DNA of 62,840 nucleotides from an uncultured Pseudomonadota bacterium (GTDB taxonomy: Bacteria > Pseudomonadota > Gammaproteobacteria > Burkholderiales > Eutrophovitaceae). Location: NCBI GenBank assembly GCA_937983055.1, contig CALJLA010000023.1, positions 1-62,840 on the forward strand, read 5' to 3'. The position numbers were made by a program, and so were the translations under genes. The notes under the pieces were generated by a model. The model was not told where the DNA came from. It saw nothing but the letters and a program-made list of their open reading frames with translations, and did not search any database. Shown one piece after another: positions 28,054-38,535 of this stretch. Each line of letters opens with the position of its first letter. Position 1 is the stretch's first letter.

Positions 28054-31000
28054 CTTGCTTCCTCTCGATCATGGACACGGCCATTAGGCAGGCTCGAGCA
28101 ACGGCGACGGAGGCGCGGAAGTTGGTGCTGACCATGACGGGCTCCGATAGGTCTCCGCAGGGGTCGGCGCCGAGCTCGAAAGTCCAGGAGTTCGCTGGTA
28201 GGTCGTAGGTTAGCTTGAAGCCGCAGATGTGCCGGCTGGTTCGAGCCCAATCAAAGCTTGCCTCGAGAGCTTTGTAGTCGGGTATGGGTGCGAGCGGCTC
28301 TGTCGATGAAATGTGTTCCCACCTAGCGATGAGGTCGGGAGGAGCGGTGTTGGTGCTCATGGGATTAGGCCTGGTCTTTTCGCATGCACCATTTCTCGTG
28401 AAGGTCTCCGGCGATGTCGACTCCTTGCGGGAACCAGTTATCGCCGTCTTTGATTCGATCAAGGGTGTCTTCTTTGTGGGAAATGGGCGTGACTTCACAG
28501 GCGGGTAATTCGGACTCTCCATCGAGCATTACGAGAATGGAGAAGGCGAGTCCTTGGAGTTTTTGAAGGGTGGTTTTACCCTCGAGACGTGACCAGTAGC
28601 GGCAGTTTTCGGCGATGTGGTCGAGGTAGAGATCCAGTGTTTCGCTTCTGGTGTACGCGCGTGAATTGCCCATGGGTTCTTCTTCAGCCGCGGCTCCGCA
28701 CCAGTCGCAGGAAAAGTTCTCGGGGTGCTTGATCAAAGTAAAGCAGCTTGGGGTTGCTTGGTTGTACGGGTGCCCATCTTCGATGGCTCGCACGATGCAG
28801 GACTGGCAGGATATCCCACAGTCATCCTCTCCTCTGTAGCATTTGAACAGGTTGTTTTTCATGAGAATGCCTGTATCAAGGTGTGAATGGCGAAGCCGAA
28901 GAGTAGAAAGAGGGCAGGGATAAGGGTTGCCTCGTTAATGAGGTCGACTGCTGGGTCTTCTGTCTTTTCTTTTTTCTGTCGATGGCGAATGGGGTGTGTC
29001 AGGAGGCTTTGGGAAAACCAAAGCCCGATGGCCGATGGGTAGGTGATTTCGGGGATGTTTAGAGCTGGGGATATGAACCATCCCCAATAGGCGTAGAGAA
29101 CGAAGCCCCAGAATGGCAGAGCAACGACAACCAGCAAGATGATGATGAGGACGGCAGTAGCTTTCTTTGCTGCGCTCATGCTTCAGTACTCGGCCCAAAC
29201 GTGGATGGTGTCGTGCTCTTCAACTGCGGCGATGAGTTCGTCGATAGGCTTCCGGTCCTTCTCGCCAAGGGCGCTTCCTGTCCCTCTTAGGTAGGTGATG
29301 GTTTCTGGTTCATTCTCGATTGTGAAGCTATCGCAACCTCCATATCGTTCGGTGAGGATTCGAAGGATTGTCGAGGGGCTTAGGGCGCTGAGGCAGACGC
29401 CGGTTTTCGTTGGTCGCCAGTAAATGTTTGCGCTCATGGGGATTCTTCTCTTGGGCCGTGTTGTTGTTGATGGATCTCTTGACGTCGGTGCTCGAGGTAG
29501 TGGTTGAGAGCTGCGATTACCTGGGGATCAAGGACGATGCGATTGCTGGGGCCGAAGCCGTCCTCGGTCGTTAGGATCAGTGAATTCCAGCTATCGAGTT
29601 CGGCATAGACTCCGTCACCGAGGTATTCTTTTTTCATGGGGTTAGTCCTTGATGGCGCTTTTCGTTATGGTGCAGAGCTCTCGGAGTGAACGCGATAGCT
29701 CGACATCGGGCCGTTCGTCGCGTCCGATCTCGCAGAGGCGGAGAATGAGGTCGCGTAGTTCGATGGTTGGTACCCTATTCGTGCTCGCCATTCTCGCCGC
29801 CATTCTCGCCGCCTCTTCTGCCGTCACTTTTTCCGTCATTCCCCCTACCATCAATGCTGCGTGCGCTGCCTTCCTGTTTATCTCCGTTTCCATGCTTAGA
29901 TTTATTGTCGCGCTCGTGGCGGCTTTAGATGCCGCAAAGAAGTCTGCGGGTATGTTTATCGGAAGGCGGGCGAGTTTTTCGGCGGCTTGCTCGAGTCCTG
30001 CGGCCGATAGCGCTTGCGAAGCCCACGTGGCGGCTTGGCGGACGATGGCCACGACGCGCTTTTTAGCGATGTCGGCGCCTTGGGCGGTTCCGTAGGGTGC
30101 GAATAGGTGTGGGCCGATGAGACGTTCGCGCTCTTCGTCGTCGCAGCGATCATTTAGCAAGATCGCCAGCGGCTGAATCGTCGGGCAGACGCATTTCGCA
30201 TCGTCGGTCCATTTGTCTTGACCGGAAAGGAAGGCGATTGCAGACATCCAGCAGGCGCCCTTGCCGGGCGCTCCTGGGCCTCTGATCAGTCTCGGGATGG
30301 GTCGTATGTCGATGGACATGGGGTTAGTCTTCCTTTTTTGGCTTGAGATCTTGAAGGCTTCCCTTCGTGATGCGGATGGTGTTGTCGCCACCGCGAAGCC
30401 AGCGGCACCAATCGGCAAAGCTCATGTCTTCGGGGCAGCGCGCCTTGATGTAGTGCTCTTCACCGTAGCTGCGGATCGAGGCGAGCTCCCTTTCTGCGCA
30501 AGCAGGGCAGACGGCTTTAGAGCAGAAGAGGAAGCCACCGTGGGTGCAGTCGTCGGTCCATTCCTTGTTGCAGATATCGCAGAAGACGCGACGGCCGATA
30601 TCGACGGATTCGGACTCGCCGCTTAGGAGGGGTTCAAAGATTCTGCGGAGTTCATCGCTCATGGATGTCAGTCCTCGTCGCTGGGGAATTGCCAAATCTG
30701 AAGATCATCAGCGGCGATGTCTTGCATATCTTCGATGAGGTTGATGAGGCCGTCGAGATGCGCGCCTTGCTCGAGTCGCCTCTCTTTCTCGTATGCACGG
30801 ATAAGGGTTGCCTTTTGCATGTGGAGCAGGTCCCAGTCGATCGAGTCGAAGAGCGCTTCGGTTTTGGACATGGGTTATTCCTCGTATTGGTCGCAGCCGC
30901 AGAATTCACAGACGGTGTCGCAGTCGGGCTCGTCTGTGTGCCCTTCGTGCGGAGGTCTGTACGTATCGAGGTCAACGCTACTGCTGTAGCAGTTGTCACA

Positions 31001-33052
31001 AGCGAAGCCTTCGCAGTCGTCGGTCTCTCGATCGTAGTAAGGCGTCATCTTGCGCACGGGTTCGGGCTCTGGGTCGCCAAAGTCTCGGGGGTGCCCGCTA
31101 TCGTCCACGAGAACAAAGGTTCGCGGGTCCTTGTCGTCGTGACAGCTATTTGGCTCTGGTGCGAGCGGGCCCGATGTCGGCAAGCTGGGGATGTGGGTCA
31201 TCCCGCGATGTTGCGGTACGTGGAAGACGATGCGGCCATTGGGTAGGCGGCGAACGGTAAAGCAGAGTCCGCCGCGTGGATCATCGATGGAGATGACGCA
31301 ATGTACGGCGTCGTCATCGGGATCGGTGGTCACTCTGGCGGAGTTCAGCCAGGTAAGAGGTCCCGGGCGTTGCTCGTAGCCATTCTCGGCCATGGGATTG
31401 GAGATGCGCGCGGTAGCTTCGAGATCCTCACAGAGGAGAGAGGCGTCTTCGCGTTGCTCGACAAACTCAGCGGATAATTCAGCATTCATCATGGTTCGCT
31501 CCGTCATGGATCAAGCCTCATCGAGAAGTGAGTTTTGTAGGTCTTTCAGAAGTCGGATGGCTTCTTCTGCTTGCGCGATGGCTTCGCGGATGAGCTTGGC
31601 GCGGTCTACGTATTGGCGATTGACGGCGCGGTACCTGTTAGCGCGCCGTCTTGCGGCGAGGAGGGCATGGGTCGCTGTCTTGGCTTGCCTCTCGTCTTTG
31701 TCCATGGGGGTTAGTGGTCGGTGAGGTTGGTTTAGGTGGGTCCTGCCGTCGACTCGGGGAAGGGGATCTCTTGCTCGATTTCGTCGGCGCATCGAGATAG
31801 AGCAAAGGCGAGCTCTTTAGCGTTTTCGTGCCCGATGTAGAACGTTGGGCCTTCGGGCGGGTTGATTGCGATCTCATCGCGAAAGCGGTAAATGCGCATG
31901 GATCAGTCCTCATCGAGAATGGAGTCGTGGGCTTCGGCGAGCGCATCCTGGTAGCGCTCCCAGTCATCGAGAGTGAAATCATCGGAGAAGGCTTCGCGCG
32001 CCCAGTCGAGAAGGACTTGGGCGACGACGACGCGAGAGCCGAGGGGCAGGGTGCTAAGTCCGCCTTGGGCAAGGCCAAGGGCGACGAGCTCGTCATCGTT
32101 GAGTTTTAGTGCCATGGCTTAGTCCTCCGCGTGTGGCTTTCGACATAGCGGACAGCGGTCCATGAGTGCTTCACGAAGGGCGCCCATGGCTTCGTCCATG
32201 AGGCCGTATCGATATCCGCTGGCGTCGGCTTCGTCGCCGATGAAGCCCCAGATGGAATCGGCGTCTACCCATTCGGAATCTTCGCTGGTGCGGTACTGTG
32301 CGACGAGTCCAACGACTCCCCATTGCCCGATGCGGCGCCAGATATCCTTGCGCTCGCGTTCGATCGTATGCTCGTCAAGGCCTTGGCATTCAAGGTAGGA
32401 GTCGTCGTAGGGGGTTTCGTCCGGTCGCTCGACGATTCGCACGAGTCCAAGCCGTGAAAGGCTCTGCCAGCGCTCGCTGATGCGCGCGTTGTGGTAGGCT
32501 TCGGTTGCGCGGTAGCCGGACCGTCGAAGTGATTTGTAGGTTTCAGCCAGCATGGCTTAGTCCTCGTAAACTTGCGGTTTGCCGAAGTGTTCGTAATCTT
32601 CCCATTCGCTGCCATCGAGCCATCGGCATCCCTCGGGCAGCCAATCGGGATCGATCGTTCTCGGGTCTTCGATCTTGTGCGGACTCCATATTGCCCAGAT
32701 CTCGCTCGCCATTGGATCCAAGTCGTAGATGTATCCGCCGTCTTTGGTTTCCCAAGCGAAGGTGGCTCTCGGAAAGTGCATTTCCATGGTGTTAGCCCTC
32801 CTCGCGTGTGGTGCCATGCCAGAGTAGGGAGCCGACGGGGAAGCCGAGCGGGGGCATGGAAGGGCCGTCGGCACAGAACCAGTCGATGGCGCGGTGGTTG
32901 TCGTCGCCGGTAGCATGGGCGAGCTCGAGCACGACATCGCGACGACGCGGACAGTAGCTACGAGTGACGGTGCAGTTGGGGAGGCCGCGTAGCGAGGCAT
33001 AGAGCTTGGCTCCGGCGTCGGAGTTGGCTTTGACGACGAGGGTCAGAAGCAT
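28034..33052 (-). other. Second leftward array of about 16 small hypothetical genes
   Basis: Abutting ORFs (e.g. 28365-28862, 28859-29179, 29183-29437, 29434-29637, 30668-30871, 30875-31507, 31903-32115, 32119-32553, 32792-33052) with stereotyped GAGGAC-stop-CCATG junctions. Confidence 0.7.
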
Positions 33053-33171
33053 GGGGCCTCCTGGTAGTGAAGGGCCGGCCCAGGCCTACCAAACGAGCGG
33101 CGGGAGCCGCTCACCTGGGCCGGCATGTTCGGTATGCTTGAGCGGTTGGTAGTCCGCGTCTCTACTTATAG

Positions 33172-33185
33172 CCTTGTACACAAGG
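33172..33185. promoter_or_regulatory. Inverted repeat CCTTGT-AC-ACAAGG in a divergent gap (candidate operator)
   Basis: Perfect 6-bp dyad next to a minus-strand TATAAG -10-like box. Confidence 0.4.
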
Positions 33186-33248
33186 GATTCCAGGCCAAGA
33201 ATCGTCTTTTTCTCGACCGTCGAGCGTAAGTCGAGAGAAGATAAAGCT

Positions 33249-33527
33249 ATGAGCGCGGAAGAAAAGGTGGGTCCTGGGCCGAAGTCAAAGGGAAGGCGCC
33301 AGCGCCACATCTACATCGATAAGCAGATGGATACGTATTTTGAACTTCGCAGGGTCAATGGCGACGGGCCGAAGAGTTTCAGCGATCTCGTCAATCGATT
33401 GCTCGCGGAGGAGAGAGCGAGGATTGAGGACAGGCGTAATTGCCCCGAGGAAGCGGAGATAGAAATCCAGACGAGGGAAGAGAGCGAGGCCGAGGAGAGG
33501 TCTGTGATAGAGGAGTTTTTGGCCTAA
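33249..33527 (+). CDS. Ribbon-helix-helix-like regulator
   Basis: RQRHIYIDKQMDTYFE...SFSDLVNRLL; first gene of the divergent operon. Confidence 0.5.
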   Translation: MSAEEKVGPGPKSKGRRQRHIYIDKQMDTYFELRRVNGDGPKSFSDLVNRLLAEERARIEDRRNCPEEAEIEIQTREESEAEERSVIEEFLA

Positions 33528-34163
33528 ATGCCAGGCGTACCGGATACAATGCCGCTGGACTATCGCGCGGTGATTGCGTCGGAGACGTGGTCTAAGCTAT
33601 CGAGCGCGGCGACGGCAGCGGTGGTGAGGCTGGCTGCCCACTATTGGGCGTGTGGGAGATTGCCGGGGACGCTGACGGGGAGAGCGAACAAGGCCGGCTT
33701 GTCGCGGACAAGCTTTACGGACTTTGTTTGGCCTCAAATTAAGAGGCTCTTTGCGGAAAGAGAAGATGCAAGGGGCCGTAAATTTTACGTTTATCTGCCG
33801 CTGGAGGATCAGCGGAATCGAGCGCTGGCGCGGAGAGCGGATCATATCTTGCGTGTGCATCAGGGTCGTAGCGCCAAGGATCCGAGCTATCGGCCGAATC
33901 CGCCGGAAGTGAGAGATCACAAGGCCGGGGGATTCGAAGGCGTGAAGGAAGGGGGGCGCCGTAGAGCCCATGCCTGTTGGCACTTAGCGCCGCTGTTCGG
34001 TGTTCCGCCGCGGCAAATTCTCACCACTTGTCCTCACGCCCCGGAAGATCTTGACGTCGAATCTTGGGCTGCGTACTCGGACAAGGTCGGGCGCGCTCAA
34101 GCCTGGCAAACGTTCTGCCGCAACCCCAAAGCGCCGCCTCCCGAGCAGTCGTTCACCGCATAA
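33528..34163 (+). CDS. Putative replication initiator-like protein (YdaU/DUF1376-like N-terminus)
   Basis: MPLDYRAVIASETWSKLS...LAAHYWACGRLP resembles phage replisome-organiser N-termini. Confidence 0.45.
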   Translation: MPGVPDTMPLDYRAVIASETWSKLSSAATAAVVRLAAHYWACGRLPGTLTGRANKAGLSRTSFTDFVWPQIKRLFAEREDARGRKFYVYLPLEDQRNRALARRADHILRVHQGRSAKDPSYRPNPPEVRDHKAGGFEGVKEGGRRRAHACWHLAPLFGVPPRQILTTCPHAPEDLDVESWAAYSDKVGRAQAWQTFCRNPKAPPPEQSFTA

Positions 34164-34941
34164 CGCATACGGTGATCGCGCTGCGCCCCGCGTATTCGCT
34201 GGCCTACTCAGCGCTGCGCCCCAACTGCGACGGCCCCCACGAGCTCTCTGTATGCGCCCCGGCCCGAAAGCGCTATCGCCCTAAGCCCGTACTACGCCTT
34301 GCGCTATGACGATATCGCCGACGCTGGGCGATGGGCTCGCTTGTTAGGGCTTCGATTGGGTCGAGGCCGATAGTCCCGCCGGGGACCCCCCGGCCCCATG
34401 CGGCAGCCCCTCACCCCCTTGGACCCCATTTTCGCAAAATCCTCGCGGCCTCCCCAGATTCCGCGAAAAAAAGCGCCCCCTCTCTCCTTTCTCTTAGAGA
34501 GAGTCCAAGCTATCAGGCGAATCGCCGCGATTCCTCGCGCAGCGACCGCCGGGTCTCACGCGCTTGTTTACGAGAAACCTTTCGCTGGCACGTTCTGCAG
34601 AGTTGCCAGTCTTTCGTGACCGGCGCCTTAAACGAACGATTGCACAAGCGGCACTGTCGAGAGGCACTTTTGGATCGCTCTCGGCGCAGTTTTTCGTAGC
34701 ATTCGTCGCAGCGGACCTCGTCAGCGGGGACGGCGGTTGTCGTGTAGTGGGGCTTGCGACAGTAAACGCAAGGACGCTGACGAACAGCACGGAGGGGCAT
34801 CGAAGGAGTATCCGACTGGTAAAGGTCCTATCAGGCTAGTTCCCCCGTCCTCCCATTCCTATTATGAAATGGAATAGTGAAAACTTACGACTTTTCCAAT
34901 CCTGTCAATAGCACTTTTTATTTCTTGGCCAAGAATTACCC

Positions 34942-34970
34942 TTGCTGAAGGCCTTCTCTGTAGATAAAAT
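34942..34970 (+). promoter_or_regulatory. Sigma70-type rightward promoter
   Basis: TTGCTG-17 nt-TAAAAT in a conspicuously AT-rich intergenic patch (34860-34985). Confidence 0.6.
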
Positions 34971-35029
34971 CTACCAGCAAATCCTTGTTGCATGGGGACT
35001 TACGTCTTTTCTTCAGCCAGATGTGAAAT

Positions 35030-35440
35030 ATGGACCAGCACAGGATCGCTGCCTCTCAGCCGGGCTATTCTGGCCCGATCCAGGCCTCTGTGGGGCCTGC
35101 CGAAGCCGAGAAAGAGCCTGAGGGTCTTCGTCAGGCGAAGGATACAGCTTACAGGGAGCGCAATCAACTCGTTGCCTTTCTCAGCAGGCTCTATCCGTCC
35201 TGGCTCGCGGCGAAAAAGTACGAGGAGGGAGAGGAGGGGAGGGAAGGCGACTGGAAAAATGACTGGGATGACGAATGGAAGCTCGTCGTTTTCGTCCTGA
35301 CGCCCGCCGGACAAATGAGCTGGCACATTCACGATAGCGAGAGGGAAATCTTTAGCCATCTCGAGGGCGTTCTTCCCCGAGAAAGCTGGGATGGCCACTC
35401 GACGGAGCAGAAATACGAGCGCCTGGAGAAGCTTCCATGA
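35030..35440 (+). CDS. WDGH-motif phage protein
   Basis: YRERNQL, TPAGQMSWH, WDGHST. Confidence 0.7.
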   Translation: MDQHRIAASQPGYSGPIQASVGPAEAEKEPEGLRQAKDTAYRERNQLVAFLSRLYPSWLAAKKYEEGEEGREGDWKNDWDDEWKLVVFVLTPAGQMSWHIHDSEREIFSHLEGVLPRESWDGHSTEQKYERLEKLP

Positions 35441-36262
35441 GCAGGCGGAGATTCGTGCGCATCGGCAACACCTTTGTCGATCCCAGCAATGTCGTTTCCG
35501 TTGAGGGCGCCTCTGGTGAAGAGGGTGCGTGCTATCTCGCCCTAAGCAAAGGGCCGGTGCTCCGTGTTGATCTGCCGCCTGAGGAAGCGATGGTCGCCCT
35601 CGGACTTTGGCCAGATGAAGTGGTGGCTGAGGAAAGGGGCGGGGGCTATTTCGAAACCCCGACCGAGGGAAGTCTCAAGGTAACGATCGAGGGTGAGTCC
35701 AAAGATGTTCACCGCCTTCGCAATTGGCTTCATCGAGTGGTAGAGACAGAGGGGGGAATTGTGACTTCAGAGATCGGCGGTGAAAACGCCTGTTGCGCGA
35801 CATTTACTATTCCGCCCGGACAATACCCCATTCCACGAGACCCGCGATGAGTAAAGAAGTCGATCGAAGCTGCTACCCCCACACCTGCAGCCACTGCAAT
35901 AGCCCGGCCTTCCTCGGGCTCAACAAGGCCCAGTGCTCGAACCCAAAATGTGAGAATTACGAGCACCGAGTTTCGACGAGCCACATCTCTCGGCACACCG
36001 ACGTAACGCTACAGAAGTCTAACTGCGCCCGAATCAAGCGAATGCTCATCGGCTACGAGACTATGGCCAGTATCTTCGCCAAGCCCGTACCCGGGCACAT
36101 TTACGAGGTCTTTCCCCAACTGCCGAAAGATGCCTGCGCGATCACGATCCTCCGATCCGACTCCAGCGCAGGATACTGGATCTACTTCGAAAGCTCGGAG
36201 TTCGAGCCGATTGAGAACTGCGCACCAATACCGACCATCGAACTGCGCGTCGAGGTAAAGGA

Positions 36263-36721
36263 ATGAGAGCCATCGCATGGATCGTCATCTCGATAGCCAC
36301 TCTTGTCGGTGTGGTCGTTCTGCCCATTGGTTGCTGGGTCCTCGGCTACTTCGGCGAAGCCGCTCAAGTGGCTCGAGAGGAATTTGGCCCACGTGAGCTT
36401 CTGCGGAAATACGAATGGTTCAAGGATCAGATCGCTGGAATCGACAAGGTACGTGCCGACATAGAGGTCTACGAAAAGCGCCTCAAGGATCAGGAGGGGG
36501 ACTACGGAGAGGACGCCGCGAAGTGGCCGCGAGACGTTCGCGAACAGCGCTCTGTGTGGCGGCAAGAAGTAGCTGGCATTGTTAGTCGCCACAACGATCT
36601 CGTGGCTGAATACAACGCTCAAATGGCGAAATTCAACTGGCGATTCACTAATGCTGGCGACCTTCCCAAGGGCGCCAGCGAGGCGCTTCCAAGAGAGCTT
36701 CGAGAATACAGGAGTAACTGA
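36263..36721 (+). CDS. Membrane-anchored coiled-coil protein
   Basis: N-terminal TM helix; KYEWFK and EYNAQMAKFNWRFTN motifs. Confidence 0.7.
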   Translation: MRAIAWIVISIATLVGVVVLPIGCWVLGYFGEAAQVAREEFGPRELLRKYEWFKDQIAGIDKVRADIEVYEKRLKDQEGDYGEDAAKWPRDVREQRSVWRQEVAGIVSRHNDLVAEYNAQMAKFNWRFTNAGDLPKGASEALPRELREYRSN

Positions 36722-37296
36722 TGCGAAAAGGGTTTCCGCTCGCGAAACTGTTGTTCATCATTGCAGCGCTCGTCGCTGTCCCGCTTGGTTGTGACCAACA
36801 AGGTTCCGAGGCTCCGGTGGCAACAACCGGCGTCAAGAAGGCTACCGCTCGAGTGCAGACCAATGCCAAGGGCAGAACAACCGAGCAAGAGAATATCATT
36901 GCTCGCCTTGCCGAAGATAACCGGGTCGGCTCGATCAAGCACCTCTACGTGATCTCGGCCATGAGCGGACAGACGATCCTTTACTCGACCGTAAAGGGAA
37001 AGGTGACATCGAGCGGTAAGCGACTCTCTCCCTACTCAGTTGCTGCCGGATACTTAGGAGGACCCACACGCTTTGGAATTGAGGTTGATGTAGGCGGGGA
37101 CCTGCAGATGACCAGCGAGGTTCTGCAAGACGACGGCACCTATGGAAGTTCGATTCCATACGTGTACTGGTGGGACACCAAGGGTGTTTACCACCAGCAC
37201 TACGTCTCGGGCGGACAGATACTCCATGTCTCTTCGAAGCCGATCAACGTCAAGAGCGTGATCATCAACATGGAGTCGGTCGAAGTCGAAGAGTAG
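36721..37296 (+). CDS. Putative lipoprotein
   Basis: Signal peptide with lipobox-like PLGC; GKVTSSGKRL and DDGTYGSS motifs. Confidence 0.7.
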   Translation: MRKGFPLAKLLFIIAALVAVPLGCDQQGSEAPVATTGVKKATARVQTNAKGRTTEQENIIARLAEDNRVGSIKHLYVISAMSGQTILYSTVKGKVTSSGKRLSPYSVAAGYLGGPTRFGIEVDVGGDLQMTSEVLQDDGTYGSSIPYVYWWDTKGVYHQHYVSGGQILHVSSKPINVKSVIINMESVEVEE

Positions 37297-37306
37297 CGAA
37301 ATTCAC

Positions 37307-37383
37307 CTGGCAGTAGCTCAGCCTGGAAGAGCGCGGGGCTTGGGACCCTGAGGTCGTCGGTTCAAATCCGGCCTGCCAGACCA
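37307..37383 (+). tRNA. tRNA-Pro(TGG)
   Basis: CTGGCAG/CTGCCAG acceptor, D arm, anticodon loop CT-TGG-GA, TTCAAAT T-loop, encoded CCA. Confidence 0.92.
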
Positions 37384-37402
37384 GAGAAAGGGATTCGAGA
37401 AG

Positions 37403-38146
37403 ATGAAAGAAAATCCGAAGCTGAATCAAGTCGTCGCCCTGGAAAAGGGAGCAAAGAGCGAATACCACTCCCAGGTCACGAAGGCCCATCGAAAGTCTTC
37501 GCAGCGAGACCTCTTCGAGGGGTTCTCGAAGACATACCAGCCGAAGGATGAGGATGGGGATCGATTCCCCGATGAGTCGCACCGAGTTCAGGCTCGTGTT
37601 AACGACTCGATTGAAGAGGTTAGAGAGGTCGCGATCCAACTGCTCGACAACGTCGCGACAAAGGACTGCGGCAACACCGAGGCCAAGGCTGACCTTAAGC
37701 TTCCCGATGGGACAACGCTTCTCCATCAGCTACCGACGCCCTTCCTGCTCTTCCTCGAGAAGTTTCTCGGCGATCTCGCAACCTTTGTGGCCTCCTTTCC
37801 CGAGCTCGATGAAAGCTTCGATTGGGAGGAGGATGAAGCCGCCGGGCTTCACCGAACACAGCCGATCGAGACTCAGAAGATGAAGAAAATGGAGGAGGCC
37901 CTGATCCTCCATCCCCCGACGTCTGAGCATCCAGCGCAGACGAAAGCCATTACGAGGGACGTAGTCATCGGCTACTGGACAACGACCAAGCTGTCAGGCG
38001 CGATGAAGCGTTCGAAGAAGATGGAGATCCTTGGCAAGGTCAAGGATCTGCTGCGGGCGGCAAAGGTCGCGCGCGAGCAGGCGAACATGACCGAAGTCGC
38101 GAGAGTCGAAACAGGAGAGGCGATTTTTAACCACATATTCGGATAG
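37403..38146 (+). CDS. Conserved hypothetical protein (KLNQ..A.EKG family) preceding the tRNA-mimic RNA
   Basis: KLNQVVALEKG, TYQPKDEDGD..P.ES..VQ, LLFLEK, HPAQ, GYWTTTKLSGA, AREQAN; I recognise this as a widespread bacterial family of unknown function. Confidence 0.8.
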   Translation: MKENPKLNQVVALEKGAKSEYHSQVTKAHRKSSQRDLFEGFSKTYQPKDEDGDRFPDESHRVQARVNDSIEEVREVAIQLLDNVATKDCGNTEAKADLKLPDGTTLLHQLPTPFLLFLEKFLGDLATFVASFPELDESFDWEEDEAAGLHRTQPIETQKMKKMEEALILHPPTSEHPAQTKAITRDVVIGYWTTTKLSGAMKRSKKMEILGKVKDLLRAAKVAREQANMTEVARVETGEAIFNHIFG

Positions 38147-38149
38147 CGA

Positions 38150-38535
38150 GGCAAGCTGAGCTTCAAGTTGAGCTTCAAGCCGTCGACTTGGGGGTTCGAG
38201 TCCCTCCCCCGGCTCCATGTGCCGGGGTGGCGAAATGGCAAACGCGGCCCTGAAAAGGGCTGTCGACAGATCAAGCTGAAGCTTTTCCTCGGAAGCTGAG
38301 CAACTCAGAAGCCGTGTTCTCGATCGGCGAGACTGAATAGCCGGAGGCGTTGGTTCGAATCCAACCCGGGGCTCCATGTGCCCCGGTAGCTCAGAGGTAG
38401 AGCACCGGTTCTTAGATTTAAAGCTCGTCTGAAGCGTCGTTCGCGGCAAATCGCTGGGTGAAGCGTAAGCTCCACGCTTTGAACGTGACTCGCTTACCTT
38501 GGGCGGGGGGTGAGGGTATATCCCCCTGCCCTCTT
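38150..38535 (+). ncRNA. Structured ncRNA with two circularly permuted tRNA-like domains
   Basis: Domains at 38182-38267 and 38339-38410 each run T-arm, 3' acceptor strand, TCCA-TGT linker, 5' acceptor strand, D-arm. AAGCTGA-like repeats flank them and a terminal hairpin lies at 38501-38531. Confidence 0.8.

Noticed and set aside
29784-29812. 12-bp tandem duplication CGCCATTCTCGC
   Set aside because: In-frame slippage giving ARMAARMA in a hypothetical protein; nothing further supports a function.
34170-34500. GC-rich non-coding stretch with short hairpins as a packaging or genome-end site
   Set aside because: Plausible by position but there is no diagnostic sequence; read-terminus analysis would be needed.
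38221-38376. Ordinary or intron-containing tRNA from GCCGGGG (38221) to CCA (38376)
   Set aside because: GCCGGGG cannot pair with CCGGGGC beyond 3 bp; each strand pairs fully only in the permuted arrangement.
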